From assembly GCA_963705705.1 (NCBI GenBank), contig CAVPKK010000008.1:1-16927 (forward strand): DNA of 16,927 nucleotides. The letters are read 5' to 3'. This document shows, piece by piece, positions 1-7,611 of this stretch. Every line of letters starts with the position of its first letter. Within the stretch, counting starts at the first letter, position 1. The DNA comes from an uncultured bacterium (GTDB lineage Bacteria > Babelota > Babeliae > Babelales > JABCYS01). The translations under genes and the position numbers were made by a program. The notes below the pieces were generated by a model. That model did not search any database. It saw nothing but the letters and a program-made list of their open reading frames with translations, and was not told the DNA's origin.

Positions 1-993
1 AATCTTATTCAATTTAAGGTTTTCCTCGGTTTTCTTGAAAATAAGATCTCAACACGGCTGCTTATTTACAGCTCTTGTTATGCGGCCGGACTTAACGAAA
101 AGTATATCTATGAGGATGCGGAAAGTGGTATTACTGCTGTCTATTCATTTCCAATTATTACACAGGCGCTCACCGATGCACCAACCTCGATCCAGCGTCC
201 GATATTGATGGCTGAACAAAATAAACTTAACTTTTTGCCCAGTTGTTGGTTCGATTCATTTTTTGATGCAATGACGCAACCGGGAATAGTTGATTACGAT
301 CGGCTCATGAAGTTTATTGAAACGCCGGTCTGAGCCAAAACAGAGGCATTAAAAAATTTACCCCAAATTAAATTGCCTGGATTGCCCTGGTTTTCAATTT
401 TGGATAGTGAAAATAAAACTGTTTCAATCGGTTCAATAATGGCATCATCTCGCACAACGCCATTGGATATACGTATCTTTTTTAAAAGAAAAGGAAAGCA
501 AGCAGAACCGTTGGGCATATTGTTATATGCTCGAGAGATTCCCTTTGAGATTATTCTGAACCTGAGCCATATGCCGGCCATAGTTTCGATGGTCCCAGGA
601 AATGTAGTTCATCGTATTGAGAAATTAACCTCTGCTAGTTTTACCCTAGATGACCTATTGCACGGTTTTAATATGGGCATGCAAGGCCCTGATAAAATAT
701 TTATTATTGATGAAATAAACGTTGCACCATATCTTGGCCGCAATCAAGTCAGCAATGTAGTTATTTATTCGAATTCGCGTGAATTTAATGCCTACGGCAC
801 ATTCCATGGATTTGTTTACTCATTACCCGATTTCCAGCTTGCGCCAATGATAGAAGATCAATATTTCATGTTATTGGAAATTGCGCGCAAAAAGCTTAAG
901 CGTGATCAATTAAGTCCAGAAACAGTGGCGACAATCGAAAAGACATTAACTCAGATGCGGAAACGACAAGCTGCTCAACTTAAGGAAAAGTAA
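1..993 (+). pseudogene. 5'-truncated (window edge) paralog of the 993-3113 clan CD peptidase-like protein, interrupted by one in-frame TGA at 331-333
   Basis: Frame 1 from base 1 reads NLIQFKVFLGFLENKISTRLLIYSSCYAAGLNEK...YSFPIITQALTDAPTS...PV*AKTEALKNLPQIKLPGLPWFS. This aligns colinearly with the next gene (FVYNSCYAAGVN...YSFPIITQALIDAPTS...PQIRLPGLPWFS) on both sides of the stop. The track ORF 373-993 is only the part after the stop. Ends at TAA 991-993. Confidence 0.7.
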
Positions 994-3113
994 TGAAGTT
1001 TATCAAGGGTGTAGTATTAAGTATTAGTTTATTAATTGGCACTACGATTCATTCGACCAGCGCAGTTGCTATCGAACCCGAGCGACCAATTCGTGGCCTA
1101 TTAATATTCTTAGATGATAGTGAACAAGAATTACGAGCAATCAGCAGTGATCTCATCTCCGCCATTGCCGAGGAAGCTGGTCCAATAATTGCTTCTGCAT
1201 CGCTCATTGTGAACATTCGTGGTGAAAAAATTGAACCATATCTCAGGGGTCGAGAGCTTCTTGCAGATACCTACATGAATCTTGAGCACGCAGTGCAACT
1301 GGCAGAAAAAAAATATTCCGCCCAGCCAACAATCGAATTGCTCCGCCAGCTAACCAATGCGCAAGATGAACGCCAATCATTTAGTAGAAAAATTATTGTT
1401 TCATTAGGTGCATTTGCACCACGCGCGCATAATTGGGTAATTAAGGAAATTGATCCTTCGCTTTATCTTTTATTGCCCAAAAGTTATTTGCGAGCTATTG
1501 GCGCAGACATCGAGCAGGTTAAAATCTATGTGCCAGAATATGCTATCACATCGGTCGAAGAGAAATTAGGTCTTAAAGTTAACCACTTACCTACAAAAGA
1601 AATTCTTGCGATCAAAAAACCGGTGGCCCAGCAGTTTGCATCATATTTCATTGAACAGCTACCAAGGATTTTTGTAACGAGCGGCGAATATCAGATTGCC
1701 CGTAAAGCACAGATTCCTTCGTGGTCAATTTATCTTACAGGCCACGGCTCAGCAGAAAACACTATTGCTGACCTCAAGCTCAGCCAATTTCAAGATTTCT
1801 TAAATTTTATGGAGGTCATGATTCGTACCAGAATCTTTGTATACAATTCATGCTATGCCGCCGGCGTTAATACCGAGCTCGTTTACACGCAGGCTGAGAA
1901 AGGGGTTGCAAAGACCTATTCCTTCCCAATTATTACACAGGCATTAATCGATGCCCCAACCTCAGTTCCCTTGGCCGGTTTTTTCATTGAAGGCAATAGG
2001 ATCGAACTCACCCCACATCTTCATTACCGCACATTCCTTGAACGAATTACGAGGCCTGGCATATTAAAATATACCGATGTGATGGCGCCGCTTCAGGGCG
2101 TTGGATTTGGGAAAATACAGGATATAAAAAATGTCCCACAAATACGATTGCCGGGGTTGCCTTGGTTTTCGGTGCTTGATAGCGGTAATAAAACGATAGC
2201 AATCGGATCTGTTTTGGCAAAAACGCGTACAGCACCATTAAATATTTCCTCCTTCTTTAAGAAGAAGAGCCAACGCGCAGAGCCACTTGGTATTTTATTG
2301 TACACTCAAGAAATTCCTTTTGAGCTGGTCATCAACACAAGAAACATGCCTGCCATGGTCTCTATGATTCCAGGCGATGCGTGGCATCATATTAAAAAAA
2401 TCAGTTCAACCACACAGAATGCATCTTCGATTTTGAATAGTTTTAATCTTGATATGGAAGGGCCGGATAAGATCTTTGTTATCGATGCTATTAAGGCGGC
2501 GCCCATCAAAAATCCGCAGGGAGCTTTTGATGAACTTACCAATGTAGTTATCGATATTAATCGAAAAGAGTTTAGAACATACTTTGTCTACCAGGGAAAG
2601 ATATACCGAAAACCGGGCATGCTTGCATCAGCAAATGATCAGAAAAATTACTTTGCCTTATTGCAGCAATATGGCCGACAAGCAGTTGCGCCAAAGGAAC
2701 GGGCGGAACGAAAAGCAATAGAACGCAAAACGGCTCAGGAAACACTCACACCGCAAGCATTGGCCAGAATCCAGGAAGTATTGAAACATCGCGGCGGTTT
2801 GAGCAATAAAGCAAAGGCTCCGGAAATAAGTTCTCAGCAAAAAAATCTTATTGCTAGTTTAACAGAACTTGTTGAAGTGGCCGAAAAAAATAAATTAGCT
2901 TCTGATCAACTTCGTGTATTGCAACATGTATTGAATCTCATAAGAGACCAGCCATATACTGCTGATGTGTTATCGTTGGCAGTGGAGCTATTATCCGAAA
3001 TTAATCGCAACGCAAAAATTCAATATGTCGGCCAATCAGCAACTATTAACTATTTATTGGAACCAATAGTGAATACTATGAGTCGGGAAATAAAACGACT
3101 CAGTGCATTGTAG
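993..3113 (+). CDS. Secreted 706-aa protein with a clan CD (caspase/legumain-like) His-Cys dyad
   Basis: Long ORF with a signal peptide (MKFIKGVVLSISLLIGTTIHSTSAVA). Motifs WSIYLTGHG (His251, nt 1743) and IFVYNSCYAAG (Cys287, nt 1851) each follow a hydrophobic strand. Start overlaps the upstream stop (TAATG). Confidence 0.75.
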   Translation: MKFIKGVVLSISLLIGTTIHSTSAVAIEPERPIRGLLIFLDDSEQELRAISSDLISAIAEEAGPIIASASLIVNIRGEKIEPYLRGRELLADTYMNLEHAVQLAEKKYSAQPTIELLRQLTNAQDERQSFSRKIIVSLGAFAPRAHNWVIKEIDPSLYLLLPKSYLRAIGADIEQVKIYVPEYAITSVEEKLGLKVNHLPTKEILAIKKPVAQQFASYFIEQLPRIFVTSGEYQIARKAQIPSWSIYLTGHGSAENTIADLKLSQFQDFLNFMEVMIRTRIFVYNSCYAAGVNTELVYTQAEKGVAKTYSFPIITQALIDAPTSVPLAGFFIEGNRIELTPHLHYRTFLERITRPGILKYTDVMAPLQGVGFGKIQDIKNVPQIRLPGLPWFSVLDSGNKTIAIGSVLAKTRTAPLNISSFFKKKSQRAEPLGILLYTQEIPFELVINTRNMPAMVSMIPGDAWHHIKKISSTTQNASSILNSFNLDMEGPDKIFVIDAIKAAPIKNPQGAFDELTNVVIDINRKEFRTYFVYQGKIYRKPGMLASANDQKNYFALLQQYGRQAVAPKERAERKAIERKTAQETLTPQALARIQEVLKHRGGLSNKAKAPEISSQQKNLIASLTELVEVAEKNKLASDQLRVLQHVLNLIRDQPYTADVLSLAVELLSEINRNAKIQYVGQSATINYLLEPIVNTMSREIKRLSAL

Positions 3114-3489
3114 TCTTACCAATCATGTTTGTTTCCGTTAGACTTCGGCCATCTAAACATCGATTTTCGCTCATAAATAAGGCACAACAATGAAAATGCT
3201 TACAATACTTTTATTCAGCCTATTATTTTCCCAAGTAGTTCCCGATAAGGCTCTCAAACCGGTACAATCATTCCAAAGCGTTCGCTTCGGTGTTGCAAAA
3301 AACCCTCGTCATTATAAATGGGATACCTTTGTCGCTAATTTTGATGATTTAGAATTTAACCAATGCCAAGCAAAACATACTATCTGTGTGGATTCTATTG
3401 GTATCCCCTGCTCTCAAAATGAGATGATGACTGCGATAGGTCAGTGTGATGATACACGCAATCAATGTATCAATAAAATGTATCAACCA
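3064..3489 (+). repeat. Copy 1 of an imperfect tandem duplication (peptidase 3' end + intergenic + Cys-rich gene), period about 585 bp
   Basis: caatagtgaatactatg...ataaaacgactcagtgcattgtagtcttaccaa...gtttccgttagacttcggccatct...cgattttcgctcataaataagg plus the coding region match 3648-4074. Confidence 0.85.
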
Positions 3490-3633
3490 TATGAATTTCT
3501 TAACTTGCCAAACGAATTAGGAAAAAAAACCTCAAATCGGCAAGAACGGGTTGCCATCAGAAAAATTCCGACAAACGTGGATGAAATTGATCAAGAAAAA
3601 GATCAGTTGAGTTTAGCTTTCATGGACATTTAG
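3190..3633 (+). CDS. Small secreted Cys-rich protein, paralog 1
   Basis: AAGG RBS, signal-like N-terminus and a C-x6-C-x7-C-x11-C-x6-C core. Paralog of 3775-4122. Confidence 0.8.
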   Translation: MKMLTILLFSLLFSQVVPDKALKPVQSFQSVRFGVAKNPRHYKWDTFVANFDDLEFNQCQAKHTICVDSIGIPCSQNEMMTAIGQCDDTRNQCINKMYQPYEFLNLPNELGKKTSNRQERVAIRKIPTNVDEIDQEKDQLSLAFMDI

Positions 3634-3647
3634 CTCTCCTGAATCAA

Positions 3648-4074
3648 CAATTGTGCATAGCATGTAAAATCAAACGGCTCAATGCGCAGTAAGTCTTACC
3701 AACAATAGTCGTTTCCATTAGACTTCGGTCATCTGAATCGGATATCGATTTTTCGCTCATAATAAGGAACAACGATGAAAATGCTTACGATTCTTTTATT
3801 CAGCCTACTATTTTCCCAACTAGTTCCCGATAAGGCTCTCAAACCGGTACAATCATTCCAAAGCGTGCGCTTCGGTGTTGCAAAAAACCCCCGTCATTAT
3901 AAATGGGATACCTTTGGCTGTTTTAGTGATTTAGAATCCTTTAACCAATGCCAAGCAAAGCATTCTATCTGTATGGATTCGATTACAATCCGGTGCTCGC
4001 AGCATGAGGTGATGACTGCAATTCGGCAGTGTGATGCCTCACGCGATCAATGTATCAATAACATTTATCAACCA
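3648..4074 (+). repeat. Copy 2 of the imperfect tandem duplication
   Basis: caattgtgcatagcatg...atcaaacggctcaatgcgcagtaagtcttaccaa...gtttccattagacttcggtcatct...cgatttttcgctcataataagg plus the coding region match 3064-3489. Confidence 0.85.
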
Positions 4075-4122
4075 AACGCGGCGCCAGACAACGGGTATCT
4101 CGATTTATATAAGTATGAATAA
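3775..4122 (+). CDS. Small secreted Cys-rich protein, paralog 2 (6 Cys)
   Basis: AAGGA RBS. First 47 aa are 46/47 identical to paralog 1. Same Cys spacing plus one extra Cys (FGCF). Confidence 0.8.
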   Translation: MKMLTILLFSLLFSQLVPDKALKPVQSFQSVRFGVAKNPRHYKWDTFGCFSDLESFNQCQAKHSICMDSITIRCSQHEVMTAIRQCDASRDQCINNIYQPNAAPDNGYLDLYKYE

Positions 4123-4145
4123 AACAACTCGGTTCATTCTATTCG

Positions 4146-4174
4146 TTGCAAACTGAATTTTTCGCCTTTACAAT
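4146..4174 (+). promoter_or_regulatory. Sigma70-like promoter TTGCAA-N17-TACAAT
   Basis: TTGCAA 4146-4151, 17-nt spacer, TACAAT 4169-4174, upstream of the 4238 ORF. A similar motif occurs at 10588-10617. Confidence 0.6.
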
Positions 4175-4237
4175 AAGACGACCTGAGAAATTCTCGTATC
4201 TGGTCTGTACATTAACAGCATATATATGAGGGCCCTC

Positions 4238-4597
4238 GTGAAAAATAAATTCATAATAGTTCTATGCCTTTCTGGCGCCGTTATATTTTCCCCACAAATA
4301 TTTGCCGGTTCACAAACACCATCACCCCAAGAGGCTTTGGATATCCCAGCAATTGAGCGAGATGCCAGAGCTTTTTTTCATCGGCAAAGAATAGAGGCTT
4401 TTCGAGCATCAAAAAATTTATTAAACGTGAATACCACTATACCCATACAGATTCAGGAACGCATCAAACTAAAAGCGGTATCAGCCATTGTAAAATCAAC
4501 CGATTCACAAAGCGGTATTCCATGGTTCAACTTTTGGTGGAAAGTATGTGAGCGAAAAATGGCGCAGGTATATGATCCAATGACAGCACCGTATTAA
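4238..4597 (+). CDS. Hypothetical secreted protein
   Basis: Track ORF 4226-4597. GTG 4238, preceded by GAGG, is the likelier start. Signal-like N-terminus (KNKFIIVLCLSGAVIFSPQIFA-G). Confidence 0.6.
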   Translation: MKNKFIIVLCLSGAVIFSPQIFAGSQTPSPQEALDIPAIERDARAFFHRQRIEAFRASKNLLNVNTTIPIQIQERIKLKAVSAIVKSTDSQSGIPWFNFWWKVCERKMAQVYDPMTAPY

Positions 4598-4683
4598 ATA
4601 CCGAGATACATTTCAAAAAGTAACTCTGGTTCTTAGGCATCCGTCTGCGCATTTTGATGGGGTAGAGGGTCGCTTTTTCTAAG

Positions 4684-4710
4684 CCGCTCATCCTGAGCCT
4701 GACGAAGGAC
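4684..4710 (+). repeat. Single REP-like palindromic element (GCTCATCCTGAGCCTGACGAAGGA)
   Basis: Internal hairpin GCTCA-TCC-TGAGC at 4686-4698. From recall, it resembles the widespread extragenic repeat arm TCATCCTGAGCYTGTCGAAGGA. Only one copy was seen in the window. Confidence 0.5.
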
Positions 4711-4775
4711 GTCGAGATGCCTGGCCATGGGTTTGCTAATATAATTTTGCGACGCAAAGTCCTATTCATATGCAG

Positions 4776-4810
4776 CCATTTGACAGAAATAGCCAAAAAG
4801 ACATCCTGTT
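4776..4810 (+). promoter_or_regulatory. Putative promoter TTGACA-N16-CATCCT, motif shared with 12830-12864
   Basis: Perfect -35 TTGACA at 4780-4785. 25/35 ungapped identity to 12830-12864. Confidence 0.4.
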
Positions 4811-4848
4811 GCAACACACATATTCCTTAATACAACAGGGTTTTTTAC

Positions 4849-5301
4849 ATGTTCGTCTACTCAAAACGCCTTACGCTTTGTGGCCTCGCATTGTTACTTG
4901 CCATTCTCCCTGCATGCAGCCGTCAGACTGCTGCCGAGCGCAGAGCGAGCGGAAAAAGAAAAATTACTGCCGGTGCTGTGCTTGCCGCCGTTGCTAGCGG
5001 AGCCGCAATAGCCGGTGGTTCAACCGTCATAGAAGCCGGTCTTGGTCCTGTCCCAGTTACCTTCGAATTAGCCCACGCACTCTATTTCCTATTACCATTA
5101 GCCATTATTGCAGCCCCGATTGCTATTGCGTTGATCGTAAGCGGCAATGATGATTGCAAAGAGGCGCGGAAGATGAGAAAACAAGCAAAATTGAGCAAGC
5201 TGCAAGTAAAAGAGTTACCTAAGGTTGATCGAAAAATGGTAAAATATACGTATGCCAAGGATGCAGAAAATAGTAAACCTACTGCGGTTGAAGCTGCATA
5301 G
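4849..5301 (+). CDS. Putative membrane-associated lipoprotein
   Basis: Lipobox-like LLLAILPA-C, a Gly/Ala-rich hydrophobic segment, a second TM segment (LYFLLPLAIIAAPIAIALIV) and a basic tail. Confidence 0.65.
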   Translation: MFVYSKRLTLCGLALLLAILPACSRQTAAERRASGKRKITAGAVLAAVASGAAIAGGSTVIEAGLGPVPVTFELAHALYFLLPLAIIAAPIAIALIVSGNDDCKEARKMRKQAKLSKLQVKELPKVDRKMVKYTYAKDAENSKPTAVEAA

Positions 5302-5333
5302 TTTAACAATATCATCTAATGGAGGTTGATTAG

Positions 5334-6305
5334 ATGGATAGGCTCAACATTCTGAGTAGGCTTAAATCATTATTCTTTATCGCAAGCATTGCCTTAATGC
5401 CGGCCTGTACCAAAAATCGCAATAAAGTGATGCGGCCGCGCGCGCATTCATCCAAGAATTACATCAGGCGAAATATTCGACTGCCGAAAGTAAATCGCCG
5501 GCTAAAACCTGGGTACAGAAAATCTGAACCTCTTATTCAGCAGCACCAAGAAAAACCTTACATTACTGTTTGGGTGCATGGCACCACCAACAATCCATTA
5601 TTTAAATATTTCCATTCCGGACCAGCGGGGTTACATGCCGCCAAAGATCTTTCTTCCTGGTATCGCATGCGTTCCCTTGCATCGCAGATAAGCAAACAAT
5701 CGCCTGAGCTTTATCCTTTTGAACAGTTCTACATTTATAGTTGGTCTGGGGACTTATCGTTTCCGGCTCGTGAAAAGGCGGCTGCAGATTTGTATGCGGC
5801 AATAACTACCTTAATTGCAGAGTACGAGCAAAAATATCAGCAAAAACCTCATGTGCGTATGATCACCCACAGCCATGGTGGGAATGTGGCGCTCAACCTT
5901 GCGCGACAAGTCAAAAATGATGAATTAAAAATTAATGAACTTATTCTACTTGCCTGCCCGGTTCAACAATCAACGCGCGGTTTAATAAATCATCCGATGT
6001 TTGAAAAAATTTATTCTATCTATTCATTCGTAGACATGATACAAGTATTGGACCCGCAGGGATTATACTCACCGGAGGAAACAAAAATTTCTGGTGAGGA
6101 ACAAAAACAATTTTTCTCACGACGTGAATTTCCAGATAATCCTAAATTGCGTCAGGCTGCTATCAGATTGCATGGCAGGTCACCAACGCATGCAGAGTTT
6201 ATCTTTACCCCCTTAATTTGGGCTATACCTCTTATTACTGCAGAGTTGGATACCATAGAAAATGATGGGCCGGAGCGTGTAGTGATTAATGTGAAATATT
6301 GGTAG
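5334..6305 (+). CDS. Alpha/beta-hydrolase fold lipoprotein (lipase/esterase-like)
   Basis: GGAGG RBS, lipobox-like IALMPA-C, oxyanion motif VWVHGT, nucleophile elbow THSHGG, and candidate Asp/His (VDMIQ, THAEF). Confidence 0.85.
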   Translation: MDRLNILSRLKSLFFIASIALMPACTKNRNKVMRPRAHSSKNYIRRNIRLPKVNRRLKPGYRKSEPLIQQHQEKPYITVWVHGTTNNPLFKYFHSGPAGLHAAKDLSSWYRMRSLASQISKQSPELYPFEQFYIYSWSGDLSFPAREKAAADLYAAITTLIAEYEQKYQQKPHVRMITHSHGGNVALNLARQVKNDELKINELILLACPVQQSTRGLINHPMFEKIYSIYSFVDMIQVLDPQGLYSPEETKISGEEQKQFFSRREFPDNPKLRQAAIRLHGRSPTHAEFIFTPLIWAIPLITAELDTIENDGPERVVINVKYW

Positions 6306-6353
6306 GAATGAAGGTTTTTAAATATTAACCAAACCAAAAACATGAGGTTTATC

Positions 6354-6908
6354 ATGAAAACCAATGTAAAAATAATGTTGCTCGCAATTCCTTTGCTCAT
6401 TGCCAGCAAACTTCATCCTTTTACCGTGATTAATGATACTGATTTATCATTAATGCTTAGATTTCAAGAAGCATGGTACGATCGATCAGAGTGCGGTGAG
6501 CCCATATCTTGTGGCTGTCGATCCAAATTAAATGAAAGCGGACACTTAGTTCTTATAGCTCCGCATAGTGTGCAAGAGATATATCTGGAAGATTGTGATT
6601 ACATTAGAATAACCTATACCGACATTGAGCGATTCCTGGTCGCTCGTGGGAAGTTACAGGAAACAATTAATCACAATAGTTACATGCAACACCTAACCAA
6701 TATGACGCTCACTAATGAATGCGGCATTTATTTTGGTAAAGCAATTCACAACCATTATGATTACCCAGCAGATGGCTTTCCATTTGATAGTATGCTACTT
6801 CATCCCGATTTGCCTGAGCGGGCCTATATTCTAGAGGCTATTCGTGCAAATAAGGATGATTTACAAAACAGATGTATAACTCCAGATGCACAAGAATATA
6901 ATTCATAA
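6354..6908 (+). CDS. Hypothetical secreted protein
   Basis: Track ORF 6342-6908. ATG 6354 follows GAGGT. Signal-like MKTNVKIMLLAIPLLIASKLHP. Followed by a terminator. Confidence 0.7.
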   Translation: MKTNVKIMLLAIPLLIASKLHPFTVINDTDLSLMLRFQEAWYDRSECGEPISCGCRSKLNESGHLVLIAPHSVQEIYLEDCDYIRITYTDIERFLVARGKLQETINHNSYMQHLTNMTLTNECGIYFGKAIHNHYDYPADGFPFDSMLLHPDLPERAYILEAIRANKDDLQNRCITPDAQEYNS

Positions 6909-6928
6909 ACAATTCCCCATTTTTCAAC

Positions 6929-6973
6929 AGAGCCAAGGGTGACATTATTGCTGCCCTTGGCTCTTATTTTTTT
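6929..6973 (+). terminator. Rho-independent terminator
   Basis: 11-bp stem AGAGCCAAGGG (6929-6939) / CCCTTGGCTCT (6954-6964) followed by TATTTTTTT. Confidence 0.8.
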
Positions 6974-7057
6974 AAATGCATTAGCTCTGACGGATTTTTA
7001 ACTCATCTTTGCAGCTTTGCAAAGGGGACGTAAGCAGCTCCCGCATTTGCTGCTTCT

Positions 7058-7092
7058 TGCTATAGTAGGCCTATCAGTCTTCAAACAAGGAG
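7058..7092 (+). promoter_or_regulatory. Extended -10 promoter and RBS of ruvC
   Basis: TGcTATAGT at 7058-7066 and AGGAG at 7088-7092. Confidence 0.45.
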
Positions 7093-7098
7093 CTCAAT

Positions 7099-7602
7099 AT
7101 GATAATTTTAGGAGTCGATCCAGGATTCAGTTTTACCGGCTATAGTATTGCCACACAAGAGGGTAATAAACTTCGGCTTTTGGACTACGGCGTACTCAAG
7201 CTAAAACCAACTAAATCATTATCCGAGCGGGTGGGTATTTTCCATGATCATATGGCGGAACGAATTGCCCGACACCACGTAAATGCCATTGCCTTAGAGA
7301 CCTCATTTCTTGGTAAAAATGCCCAGAGCTTTCTAAAGCTTGGCTATCTTCGCGGCATTCTTTATTTGTTGGCCGATAAGCATAAAGCAGAACTTTTTGA
7401 ATTCGCACCTCGTGAAGTGAAGATGGCTGTCACCGGCTACGGTGGGGCAGAAAAGGAGCAAGTCTGCATGCTTATTACAAAATTATTCCCGCAGCTGAAT
7501 GTAGATACATTGGATCTGACTGATGCCATTGCCGTTACTTTGTGCGGTCTATGGAAAGGGCCATGGCAAAAACAACTAGCTGTTTTTAATAAAAATGCTT
7601 GA
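7099..7602 (+). CDS. ruvC: Holliday junction resolvase RuvC
   Basis: 167 aa. Motifs ILGVDPG (D7), IALE (E67), EVKMAVTGYGGAEKEQV and DLTDAIAV (D139/D142) match the canonical RuvC acidic tetrad. Confidence 0.95.
   Translation: MIILGVDPGFSFTGYSIATQEGNKLRLLDYGVLKLKPTKSLSERVGIFHDHMAERIARHHVNAIALETSFLGKNAQSFLKLGYLRGILYLLADKHKAELFEFAPREVKMAVTGYGGAEKEQVCMLITKLFPQLNVDTLDLTDAIAVTLCGLWKGPWQKQLAVFNKNA
7514..7563 (+). repeat. 50-bp direct repeat, copy 1 (inside ruvC codons 139-155)
   Basis: ATCTGACTGATGCCATTGCCGTTACTTTGTGCGGTCTATGGAAAGGGCCA, 49/50 identical to 8500-8549. Confidence 0.95.
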
Positions 7603-7611
7603 TCTTAGGTC

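Noticed and set aside
331..333. TGA recoded as Trp or Gly (genetic code 4 or 25)
   Set aside because: Tempting, because only ruvC ends in TGA and a TAG follows two codons later. However, all long ORFs are intact under code 11 and use TGG for Trp; a recoded AT-rich genome would show many in-frame TGAs.
3190..4122. Diversity-generating retroelement TR/VR pair
   Set aside because: Differences are not adenine-specific, both copies are full genes with RBS, and no reverse transcriptase is present.
4699..4717. Hammerhead ribozyme core (CTGACGA...GAGA)
   Set aside because: Lacks the invariant GAAA and a proper stem II; better explained as a REP-like arm.
7032..7055. Hairpin AAGCAGC/GCTGCTT upstream of ruvC as terminator or riboswitch
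   Set aside because: Short stem, no clear U tract, and a strong terminator already lies at 6929-6973.
7099..7602. RuvC as a TnpB/Cas12/transposase nuclease, or the 50-bp repeats as a CRISPR array
   Set aside because: Size and motifs fit the stand-alone resolvase. There are only two repeats, 986 bp apart, and they are ruvC coding sequence.
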